This document shows, piece after piece, positions 26,340 through 37,500 of a stretch of 64,000 nt of DNA. Every line of letters begins with the position of its first letter. Within the stretch, counting starts at the first letter, position 1. The stretch lies in NCBI RefSeq assembly GCF_020745735.1, contig NC_083416.1:54833131-54897130 (forward strand). Reading direction: 5' to 3'. A program made the position numbers and the translations under genes. Origin of the DNA: Hemiscyllium ocellatum. Its lineage: Eukaryota. Below the pieces are notes generated by a model, which saw nothing but the letters and a program-made list of their open reading frames with translations, did not search any database and was not told the origin of the DNA.

Positions 26340-28125
26340 GCATTGGCAGCAAGTGACAGAGGGAGCTAGGAGATCTCACAGATCAGATCTCAGCTCTGCA
26401 ATCCTGCCAAATCCACTTGTGAATGGTGGAGGACGATTAAACAACTCAATGGAAGAGGAGGCTGCAGAAATATCCCCATCCTCAGTGATAGAAGAGTCCA
26501 GCACATCAAGCTTTCACAGCAATCTTCAGCTAGAAGTGCCAAGTGGATGATGCATCTTGGCCTCCTCCACTGGTCCCCAGCATCACAGATACCAATCTTC
26601 AGCGAACTTGGCAACTTGGTAACAAGAAACTGCTGGAGACACTGGATACTGCAAAGGCTATGGGCTCTGAAAACACTCCAGCAATATTACTAAAGCCTTG
26701 AGCTTCAGAACTTGTTACTCCCCTAACCAACTGTTCCAGTAAAGTTATATCATTGGTATCTACCCGACAATGTTGATACTTAGACATCTATTTCCTGTAC
26801 ATAAAAAGCAGGACAAATCCAATCTGGCCAATTACTGCTCCAGCACTCTCGATCATCAGTTAAGAGGTGGAAGGTGTCATCAACACTGCTATCAAGCAGC
26901 ACTTGCTCAGCACTTACCTGCTCAGTTTTGGTTCTGTCAAGGCCACAGCTCCTGACCTTATTACAGCCTTGGTTCAAACATAGACAAAAGAGTTGAATTC
27001 CAGAGGTGAGGTGAGAGTGAGAGCCCTTGACATCAAGGTTGCATTCAACCAAGTGTAGCATCAAGGAGCCCCAGCAAAACTGAAATCAATGGATATCAGG
27101 GGCAAACTTTCTGGTCGTTCGAGTCATAAGTGACATTTAGGAAGACGGACGTGCTTGTTGGAGGTCAGTTATCTCAGCTCCAAGACATTGCAACAGGAAG
27201 TTCCTCAGGGTAGTGTCCTAGGCCCAACCATCTTCAGTTGCTTCATCAATGACCTTCCCACCAACATAAGGACAGGATGCAGACGTTTGCCAATTATTGC
27301 ACAATGTTCAGCACCATTCACGACTCCTCAGATACTAAAGCAGTCCTTGTTCACATGGAATGAGATCTGGACAATATCCAGGCTTGGGCTGACAAGTGAC
27401 AAGTAACATTAGCGCCACACACATGCCAGGCTATGACCATCACCAATAAGAGACAATCTAACCACCGCCACTTGACATTCAGTAGTGTTATGATCACTGA
27501 ACTCCCCACTATCAACATCCTGGAGATTATCATTACCAGAAGCTCAACTGAACTCGCCACATCAACACAGTGGCTACAAGAGCAAGTCAGAGGTGAGGAA
27601 TATTGCAATGTGTAACTCACCTCCTGACTCCTCAAAGATTGCCCAGCCTCCACAAGGCACAAGTCAGGGTGTGATGGAATACTTCACACTTGCCTAGAAG
27701 TGTGCAGCCCCAACAACACTCAAGAAGCTTGACACCATCCAGGACAAAGCAGCTACATCCAAAAGCATCCACTCCCTTCAGCACCGATGCTCAGTAGCAG
27801 CAGTGTGTACTAACTACAAGAAGCACTGCAGAAATTCACCAAAGCACCATGACCACTTCCATCTAGAAGGACATGGCAGAAGATATATGGGAACCTTCAA
27901 GATCCCCTCCAAGCCACTCACCATCCTGACTTGGAAATAAGTCACTGTTCCTTCATTGTCACCAGGTGAAAATCCTGGAATTTCCTTCTTCATGGCATTG
28001 TGCATCAACCCATACACGGACTACAGCGGGTCAAGAAGGCAGCTTACCACCACCTTCAAGGGCAACTAGGGACAGGCAATAAATACTGGCCAGCTAGTGA
28101 TACCCACAACACACAAATGAATAAA
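26340..28125 (+). mobile_element. CR1-clade LINE, second family (RT to 3' tail)
   Basis: PVHKKQDKSNLANY and VPQGSVLGPTIFSCFINDL. Tail ttcaagggcaactagggacaggcaataaatactggcc. Other copies at about 21870-22200, 35470-36350, 36850-37720, 39390-40520 and 57620-57900. Confidence 0.85.
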
Positions 28126-28285
28126 AAGAACTGGGCAAAGTATCAGTCAGGTTTTCAGGGTGTAAAGCAATGTTACAGACAATCCTGTAAAGGAACTGCT
28201 AGAGGCTGCCTACCTCTTTTATTCTTTTGTTGTGCAACAAGGAACAATTCATCCCAACTCTCCATTATACTCATATATATACCTC

Positions 28286-28550
28286 ATTCCTGATGAAGGG
28301 CTACAGCACGAAATGTCGATTTTCCTGCTCTTTGGACACTGCCTGACCTGCTGTGCTTTTCAAGCAACACACTCTCAACTCTGATGTCCAGTATCTGCAG
28401 ACCTCACTGTCTCCATATATACTACCAGCCTATATTCAAATATAGGCTGAAGAAGTCCTGAAGAAGGGCTTATGCCCGAAACGTCGAATCTCCTGTTCCT
28501 TGGATGCTGCCTGACCTGCTGCGCTTTTCCAGCAACACATTTTTAAGCTA
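28286..28550 (+). mobile_element. Two adjacent PLE terminal fragments, each with a hammerhead motif (28286-28321, 28454-28489)
   Basis: attc-CTGATGA-agggctacagcac-GAAA-tgtc and agtc-CTGAAGA-agggcttatgccc-GAAA-cgtc-gaat, each followed by the family tail ctgcctgacctgctg. Confidence 0.78.
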
Positions 28551-29064
28551 TATTCAAATTTATATTAAATGAAAGGTCACCAAGTTAAAACAAAAAGTTT
28601 ATTTTTCTCTCTATAGAAGTTGCCTGACCTACTTCCATCATTTTCTGCTTATGTTTCAACAGTTCCAACATTTACTGTGTACTATCTATAGAAATATAGT
28701 CCTGAATATAAAGTACAGGTCTTCTGCTCTCTGTCATAATGCTCTGTGCAACATCTATTAATGAATACAGAAAGGCTGTTATGCTCAAACAATAGATGAC
28801 AACTCCAACTATGCAGCACCCTCATAATACTGCCGAAATTGTCAAACAAAATTACATTATCAAGTTCCATGCTGGCTATCCAAGTACTTCTTGGATTTAG
28901 CAGGAATCTCAATCTGCTGAAGGAAATAGACTTTTTGTTAGGATTGCAAATTAGAACATAGTTTATGAATTAATACTTCATTGTGTAGCACAGTCTATTT
29001 AAGATGTACCACTACAGGACAAAACAACTCTACAATCAACACAATATTACACTATTTCAAACAC

Positions 29065-31520
29065 TTAAGACCATAAGAGCTAGGAGCATAATTAGGCCAT
29101 TCAGCCTGCTGAATATGCTGTGCCATTTGATCATTGCTGAAACATTTCTTAATCCCATCCTCCTGCCTTCTACTTGTCATCCTTGATCTCCTTACAAATC
29201 AAGAACCTTTCTATCTCTCTATTAAAGACAATTTATGTCTTGGCCTCCATAGCCCTCTGTGGCAATGAGTTTCACAGATGCGCCACCCTCTGCCTGAAGA
29301 CATTTCTCCTCATCTCAGTTCTGAAGGGTCATTCTTCACTCTGAGGTTATGCCCTCTGGTCCTAGCCTCTACTAGTGGAAACATCTCCACTTCTACTCTA
29401 TCCAGGCTTTTCAGTATTCCACAAGTTCCAATGAGATTCCACCTCCCCCACCAGTTATCCTCCTACACTCTCCTGAGTACGTATGCAGACTCCTCAACCA
29501 CTTCTCATATGAAAAGCTCTTCCTCCCCAGGATCATTCCTGTCAATTCCCTGAGGACCTCTTCCCTGGCCACACATCCTTGGGTAGATTTGGGGCACAAA
29601 ACTGTTCACAATATTCCAAAAACCTCAGCAATATATTCTTGCTCTTGCATTCTAGCCCTCTTAAAGTGAATGCTAACATTGTGTTTGCCTTCCTAACTGC
29701 TAACTTTAAGTGAATTCTGAAGTAGGACTATGTCTATTTAGTGCTTCAAATTTCTGAAGCCTTTCCCCGTTTAGAAAATACTGTACACTTCTATTTTTCC
29801 TACCAGCACAACCTCACACTTTCTCATATTGTATTCCATCGGCCTGTCCAAGTCCTTCTGCAGCCTCGACACTATGTTCCCTTCACCTATCTTTGTGTCA
29901 TCTACAAACTAAACAGCAATGCCATCAATTCCTTTGTCCAAATTGTTAACGTATAACTTGAATATTTGAGGTCCCAAATCTGACCCCTGCAGATGTCCAC
30001 TTAATCACTAGTTGCCATTCAGAAACAGACTCCTTTAACCCCAATCTCTGCCTTCTGCCAGTCAGCCAATCCTCTCCCCATGCCAGTACCTTGCCCTTAA
30101 CACTATGTGCTCTTATAAGAGCTATAAGCCTATGTAGCACCTTGTCAAAGGTCTTCTGGAAATCCAAACAGATCACTCCCCTGGCTCTACCTTTTCTAAC
30201 TTATTCAAAGAATTACCTCCTCAAAGAATTTGAACAGATTTGTCAGCAATGACCTCCCCTTGATGAAGCCAAGTTGACTCTGTCCTATTTTACCATGTGC
30301 TTCCAAGTGCTCCACAATCTCATCTTTAATAATGGACTTTAAAATCTTACCACCGATTGAAGTTGGACTAACCAGACTATAATTTCTCACCTCTGCTCCC
30401 TTCCTTCTTAAACAGGGTTGTTATATTAGTCATCTTCCAATCGGATGGGACCCTCCGTGCCTCCAGTCATTCCTGAAAGATCACCACCAATGCCTCCACA
30501 ATCTCCTCAGCTTCTTCAGAGCCCTAGGATGTAGCCATAGAGATGTATATCATGGAAACAGATCCTTTGGTCTAACCTGATATCCTAAATTAATCTAATC
30601 GCATTTGCCAGCAGTTGGCCCATATCTCTCCAAACGTTTGCTATTCATATACTCATCAAGGTGCCTTTTAAATGTTCTAATTGTACCAGCCTCCATCACT
30701 TCCTCTGACAGCTTATTCCATACACGCATCACCCACTATGTGAAAACATTGCCCCTTAGATGCCTCTTAAATCTTTCCTCTCTCACCCTAAATCTATGTC
30801 CTCCAGTTCTGGAAATAATTTGTCTATTTACCTATCCATGCCCCTTATGATTTTATAAACATCCAAAGAGTCACTCCTCAGCTCTGACATGCCTCAGAAA
30901 GCAGCCTCAGCCTATCCAGCCTCTCACTATAGCTCAAACACTCCAACCTTGGCCCATCCAGTCCAGGTGATTTATCCGCCTTCAGCTTCCCCAGCACCTT
31001 CTCCTTAATGATAGCCACTACTCTCCTCTCTGCCCTCCCAACTCTCTCAAAATTCTGGTATGCTACTGGTGTCTTCCTTTGTGAAGACTGATGCAAAACA
31101 TCTTTTCAGTTCCTCTGTCATTTCTTTGCTCCCCACTGCGACCTCCACCCTCATTTTTCAGAGTCCACTCTGGCCTCTCTCTTTTACCTTTATATATCAA
31201 AACAAACTTTTGCAGTCTTCTTATATTACTAGCTAGCTTACCCAATATTTTTTCAACACCCACTACCGCTGCCCCTGCCCCCGTTGCTCTCTGCTGGTAA
31301 AATGCTTCCCAATCCTCTGGCTTCCCACTGCTCTTTACTACATTGTACTCATCAGCCTTGGTTGCCTCATCCTCCCCTTAGTACATTTCTTCTTCCTTGG
31401 GATGACTTTCTGCTGTACTTCTCGAATTACTCCCAGTCACTCCTGCTGCTCCACTATTCTATATTTTTCCCTGCTCCCCTTCCAATCTGCCAGCTTCTCC
31501 CTCATCTTTGCAGTTACCTT
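29065..31520 (-). mobile_element. Degraded CR1 LINE with a nested CR1 3' end (about 30535-30950)
   Basis: CLDFQKTFDKV, KILKSIIKDEI..SQLGF and KSPGLDG peptides. Confidence 0.8.
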
Positions 31521-32843
31521 ACTCAATCGTATCACACCTTTGCACCATCTCTATATCTTCACCCTCTCCCAAATGTTCATTTTATTTAAGTTACAACACA
31601 GGGAAATAAGGCACCTTGTACTCTTTTACCGAACCATGGAAAGAGAGTTAGCCTTTACAGAAGCCATGCTCAGCAATCAGGCTAAGCAGTAACAAGACTT
31701 GTGACTGCTGTGTCTATGTATGAAGCAATAGTTCCAGATATGACTAAAATCTGCCCCCACAGTACTCTCTTCAAACGATTATTACATCAAGTCATTACAG
31801 AATTTAATTTCACAAGAAATTGATTCTAATCTGCTCTGTAAATTACCCTGTGATTTTATACAATGCTACTTTTTCAATTTTGATTTTTCAGGAAACCACC
31901 AATAGTTTTGCAGCAGGTGGTGGTTGAGGGCAAATGCTTTCCTCTTCAGGTTTGTAAGGACGCTAATGGAATTTTTTTTCTTTCTCTACACTTTAGGATT
32001 TTTGGTTATAGGAAGGGGCCTTTTCTATGCTTTTTTACCTTATGTTGTCTCTTCATCTCCAAGTTTCACTGTTCTATGCTATCTAGTTAAAGTGTATAGT
32101 AGTTCATGCTCCAATTATTTGATGATCATTTCAGAATTGGCAGGTAGCTGTGGAATTCTACACTTCTAGAATTTCTATTTTCATTTCAGACTTCTTGTGT
32201 GATACAAATAGAGGTGCATGAATGCCACTAAGTTTTACATCTTTCCAATTACTGCCTTTCCTAGTTAGGAAGTCCTTGACATTTCACTGAGTACCAGCCT
32301 ATGATTGCAAAGTCAAAATAAAAATCTCACCTTGCAGAGAAGATGATCAAGTCTTACAACATGCCAATGAATATTTCTCATTCAGTTTCCTTCATTGTTT
32401 TTAACTCATTTTGAATTTCTCTCGTGCTTCACTTTCTTACTTTAAGATTTCCTTAAGAGCTAATAATCAAAACGCATGCAGTATAAAAATAATTGCATAA
32501 TTATCTGGGGAGATCCTATTCAGTTGGCAATGAAGATGTCAATTCATAAAACATTAATCTATTATCTGTATTTTGTAATGATATAATAAAACTTTTAAAA
32601 TTACATGGCTATGGGGTGAAATTTTCAATTTTTTTGGAAACTTAACTATACAGAAAGTAAAATCATGCAGATTTAAAAATGCCATTGTTCATCAAATGTA
32701 ACTTTGTTAACAAGTCATTAGAGGAAAATGGACCATTGTCTGTTTCATCAAATTTCAGCTCTTTAGATCATGCCCATTGAAAAATATTTTGTAAGATTTC
32801 ATTGTATTTACTTTATTCACAGGTGATATGAGGTGTTCAATAT

Positions 32844-33123
32844 AGGGCGGCACAGTGGTTAACACTGCTGCCTCACAGCACCAGAGAACTGGGTTCAATT
32901 CCCATCTCAGGCAACTGTCTGTGTGGAGTTTGTACATTCTCTCTGTGTGGGTTTCCTCCAGGTGCTCTGGTTTCCTCTCTCAGTCCAAGAATGTGCAGGT
33001 TAGGTGAATTGGCCATGCTAAAATTGCCTGTAGTGTTAGGGGAATGGGTGGGTTGCCCTTCAGAGGGTCAGTGTGGACTTGTTGGGCTGAAGGCCTGCTT
33101 CCACACTGTAAGTAATCTAATCT
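32844..33123 (+). mobile_element. HE1-type V-SINE (older), CYP2U1 intron 1
   Basis: Same head, V-domain and taatctaatct tail, with CpG decay and deletions. Confidence 0.85.
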
Positions 33124-34052
33124 CCACATCATGTGTGTACTTTGACAGGTACTCAATTTTCATGCATTTCTGTTCAGCAATTTCAGATTACTTTCAATGT
33201 CACTGTGTATTTTTCATAGCTGAAGTTGTAAATAATTCTGCCATTAACAGCTCCTTCATATCCATCTTTTGTTTCTTTACTTATCACATAGCATGATCTT
33301 TACTCTGCACCATCATTCACATATCAGTTAGTCTCCATCTTTGCCTTTTTGATCCTTCTGCATTGTTCTTTTCTTTGTCCCTCACTCCTTTTCCTGTCTC
33401 ATCACAGCTTGTTTTTTCCTGTTCTGAAAAATGGACTTTACTTTTCTCTCAACTAATGCTCCAGGTTTTATTTAAACTTATTTCCAGGTTTTCTGCACAT
33501 AATGCACATTTTAATATTTAATCAATAAGAGCTCCCACTCCTGTTAACTCGCTGCTCTCCCACCATAACCAACGGTCCTGTCTATCTCCTCAAATAGGAG
33601 TTCCTTGGTTGCGCTCTCAGTCATGTAAGTCTCATCATCATGGTTTGGGCTGGTCAGACCATTGTAATTGCATCTGGTTAGCTAATAGTGATGCCAATAG
33701 TGTGGGTTCAATTTGCTCACCAGCTGAGGTTGCCATGAAGGCCTCAATTTCTCAACCTCTTCCCTTGCCTGAGGGATGGTGGTCTTCAGGTTAAATCACC
33801 ACCAGACATCTCTTTCTAATGACAGGGCAGCCCTACAGTCAGGTAAGACTACAGCAACTTGCATCACATCAAATTTCCTTGTGGGTAAGTTTTTTTTCCA
33901 AACTCATTTTTTTAAAATTGCAGATATATTGAATTCAAATATCATTGCGGATGGGAACTCATATTCCTAGATCCAAATCTCTGGAATCACTAGTCCAGTG
34001 ACATTACTACAATGCCACCATCTGCCCAATCGATGCCCTCTGTATCTCTAAC

Positions 34053-34527
34053 CTTTACGCTTGGTTATGATGGTGATTAGAGGGATGGTGGGTCTATCGG
34101 AGAAGACCTCGGCGTTATGCTGCAGTGCATCTCTGACCATTTGGAAGCCATTGAGGATTATCATGAGCCGTCTGCCCAGGTACAGTCTGCAAATTTCTCC
34201 ATAGGTCTTGCCGAGGGCGGTGAGGTACAGATGCGGTGGGAGCTGGCTCCGGGAGCCCTGTCTCCGAGCCAAAGAGAGCAGCAAGCCGATCAGCGGCCAG
34301 CAGGTTGGTCCAGGAGGGAGCTTGCACCGCTGCCGGACCCTGCGCTTCAGGAGGTACCGGCTCAGCAAGAGAACAGCAAGCCCCAGGAGGACAGGCGTCA
34401 TGTACTGACCGGCCGCGGGGATCTGGCCGAGTCCCGGACACTGACCGGCCCCGGGGGTCTGGCCGAGTCCCGGACACTGACCGGCCGCGGGAGAATTAAC
34501 AGCTTCATGACGCGGACCCGCCGCCAT
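34053..34527 (-). CDS. CYP2U1: Cytochrome P450 2U1, coding exon 1 (475 nt)
   Basis: ATG at 34527 in a strong Kozak context (AAAATGG). Encodes MAAGPRHE..., a hydrophobic anchor VLLGLAVLLL, basic KRRVRQR, hinge LPPGPTCWPLIG and FSDRP. Ends AAAG|gttag (phase 1). CpG-rich. Confidence 0.93.
34404..34492. repeat. 36-bp coding tandem repeat (about 2.5 units) in CYP2U1 exon 1
   Basis: Units actgaccggccgcggggatctggccgagtcccggac start at 34404, 34440 and 34476 (partial). Encodes PAAGQCPGLGQT-PGAGQCPGLGQI-PAAGQ. Confidence 0.92.
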
Positions 34528-34586
34528 TTTGTCCCCGTCGCCAGGCAGGGCCCGTGACGTCAGTGGTACACTGAGGTCAAAGGGCA
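34521..34586. promoter_or_regulatory. CYP2U1 proximal promoter motifs: YY1, CRE, DR1
   Basis: CCGCCATTTT (YY1 consensus) at 34521-34530 overlaps the ATG. Perfect CRE TGACGTCA at 34555-34562. AGGTCA-A-AGGGCA (DR1) at 34574-34586. All lie at the edge of the CpG-rich exon. Function is untested. Confidence 0.55.
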
Positions 34587-37500
34587 AGGATGTCTTTGCT
34601 CTTTCAGAGTGTCACAGTCACAGGGGGTTCAATTGGGATCATCATTGACGGTCAAACAACTAACAATCGCTAAAGTGAAATAACTTAGATTACATTTGTA
34701 ATGGAGTACAGCTCTGAAGGGGATGCAGGAGCAGAGTATCTGGGTCTACAAGTCTACAGATGATAGTATCCCCTGCTTTATTAATAGAGTACAAGAACAA
34801 GGAGGTGACGTTGAAAGTTGTGCCAGTTATTTGTTAGATCTCAGCTGGAATATTGTGGGCACTACATGGTTAAAAAAAAATGCAGATACATTGGAGGGAG
34901 TGCAGTAACGTAGTTCCAAGTGTGAAAAACTTAAGATATGAGAATACCTGTAGTTTGAAGAAGTTGAAACTGTTCTATCTGGAGAAAAGAAGGTTGATTG
35001 GAGATATGATTCAGTATTAAAATCATGAATGGACTGGACAGAATAGATGGGGTGAATCTATTACTGCTTGGAAAACAAAAATGAAGGGGAGAGATTTAAG
35101 ACGATTTGGAAATACAACAAAAATGATGTGAGAAAAACTTTTTTCACACACTGACTTCATAGGTTATAGATTTTGTTTTGATAAATTATCAAATTATCTT
35201 GCCATTCTACTATTCTTCCATTGAAGAGGACAATTCATATCTATGCCAGAGGATTTGCAAAAAAGAATGTCCTCTCTGGACCATTGTCACAGATAATAAC
35301 TGTCGGTAGATATAGATACCATCATATGATAGCTGGTGGAAACTAATTTGCTCAACTTTCAATTATTGAAGGCTTGGAAACCTTTTTATCTGAAGAGCCT
35401 TGTTTTAATATTTTATCTAAAAGAAAGCTATTGGGACCCACAAATCAAAAACTGAATATTTCTAATCCTTTCTTTCGTTTATTGTTGGAATGTGTGCATG
35501 GGCTAGGCCAGCATTTATTACCCATTCCTAATTGTCCTGGAAAAGGTGGTGGTGAGTTGCCTTCTTGAACCGCTATAGTCCTTGGGTATAGGACATCCAT
35601 AGTGCTGCTAGGAAGGGAGTTCCAGGATTTTGACATAACAATAGTGAAGTAATGGCGGTATAGTTCCATATCAGGATGCTGTGTCACTTTCAACAGAACT
35701 TAAGTCCTGATGTTCCCATGCATCTTCAAGGTGGTAGAGTTCTAAAGATGCTAGTGGAGGAATCTTGATGAGTTACTGCAGTGCATCTCGTACACACTGC
35801 TGCCCCAAAGCATTAATATTGAAGAGTCAGTATTGAAAGTGATGTGTGGAGGTACTAATTGAGTAGAATGCTTCAACATGGATGGTGTTGAGCTTACTGA
35901 GTGTTGTTGAAACGTCACTCATACAGGCAAGTGGAGAATATTTCAACACACTCCTACTTTGTACTTTCTAGATAGTCATTGTGGAAAAAGGAGATGAGAC
36001 ACTTGGTCCAGAATTCCTAATGTCTAACTGACTGTTGTAGCACAGTATTTATAGGCCTGTTCCAATTCAGTTAATGGTGAAAGATAACCCCCAGGGTTTT
36101 GATAGTGGGAACATTCAGTGATAATAATGCCATTTATTGTCAAGCTTGGTAGTTTAGGTTCTCTCTGATTGGAAGTAGTTATTGCTTGACACCTCTACCG
36201 CACCAATGTTACATGCCACTTATAATCAGAGTCTAGGTATTATCTATGTCTTGCTGCATATGGACATGGATTGCTTCAGTATCTGGGGGTGTCACAAATG
36301 GTGCTGAACTGTGTGCAAATTGTGCAATCATTAGTGATCATCCCCACTTCTTAAAAGCCTGTTCTCCGTCACCAAACAGGAAGTAATCAACCTTCTTCGT
36401 TCTTTATCAATGTTTGTCTTCTCTTTGTCTCCCTCTCCAAGGCTTTCTTAGTTTTTTTTTATTAACCATGCCTCCTATTACACAGGTGCTTACAGGGATC
36501 TTGCTAGTACTAGCCTCAACGATGCAAAAAGTTCACTTAGTACAGAGTTGAGATCTGAATTTCGCTTTTTGTACCCAAGCACCTTTAACCCTTACAATCT
36601 AAGATCTAAATTCCACCCCCTCCTACACACACGTGCGCGCGCACACACACGCAGCAATGAAGGGGAAATCATTAAAGCAGCTGAAGACTTGGGTCTCAGA
36701 CACTAACCTGAGAAATTGCAGCAGTGTTGTCCTTGAACTGAGATGATTGACCTCCAACAAACACAATAGCCTTGCTTTGTACTTAGTATGACTTCGATGA
36801 GCAGATTCCCCCCTGATTCCCATAGACTCCAGTTTTGCTAGGGTTCCTTGATACTATACTCAGTCAAATATTGACTTGATGTCAAGGACAGTTAATCTCA
36901 TGTCACCTCTGAACTTAAACTCTTTTGTCTGTTTTGGATTAAGACTAATGAGGTCATGAAGTGAGTGGCTCTGGTGGAACCCAAATAGAGTGATAGTGAG
37001 TAGATTATTCCTTTGCAAGTGCAACTTTATAGCTATGCTAGCACCCATTTTCATTACTTGCTGCTGAATGAGAAGACTGATACAGTGGTAATTGGATGGA
37101 TTTGATTAGTCATTTTTGTGTACAGGTTATACCTGGGCAATTATCCACATAGTCAGCTAAATACTAGGTATTTAACTGTACTGAAACAGCTCAGCAAGGA
37201 ACATGGCTAGTTCTGGATCACGAGTCAACAGTACTATAATCTGAATGTGCTTGTGGCTTTTGCTGTATCCAATACGATCAGCCATTTCTTAATAACACAT
37301 AGATGAATCAAATTAACTGAAGATTAGCACTTGTGTTGCTGTGGATCTTAGGAGGAGCTGAGATGGATCAATTCTGACTGAAAATTGTTGCAAATGCTTC
37401 AGCCTTATCTTTTGCATTTATGTGCCGGGCTCCCCATTAGTTGACAATGGGGACATTTGTGAAGTCTCCATCTCTACTCAGTTCTTCAATTGTCCACCAC

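Noticed and set aside
34404-34492. CRISPR-like 36-bp repeats
   Set aside because: The units are contiguous with no spacers and lie in a eukaryotic coding exon.
34115-34557. Overlapping alternative-frame and antisense ORFs in exon 1
   Set aside because: Expected by-product of GC-rich, stop-poor coding sequence. No recognisable domains.
34528-34587. ORF-track extension of CYP2U1 exon 1 (MPFDLSV...) from 34587
   Set aside because: It starts at TTG, not ATG, and overlaps promoter motifs. ATG 34527 has the strong Kozak context.
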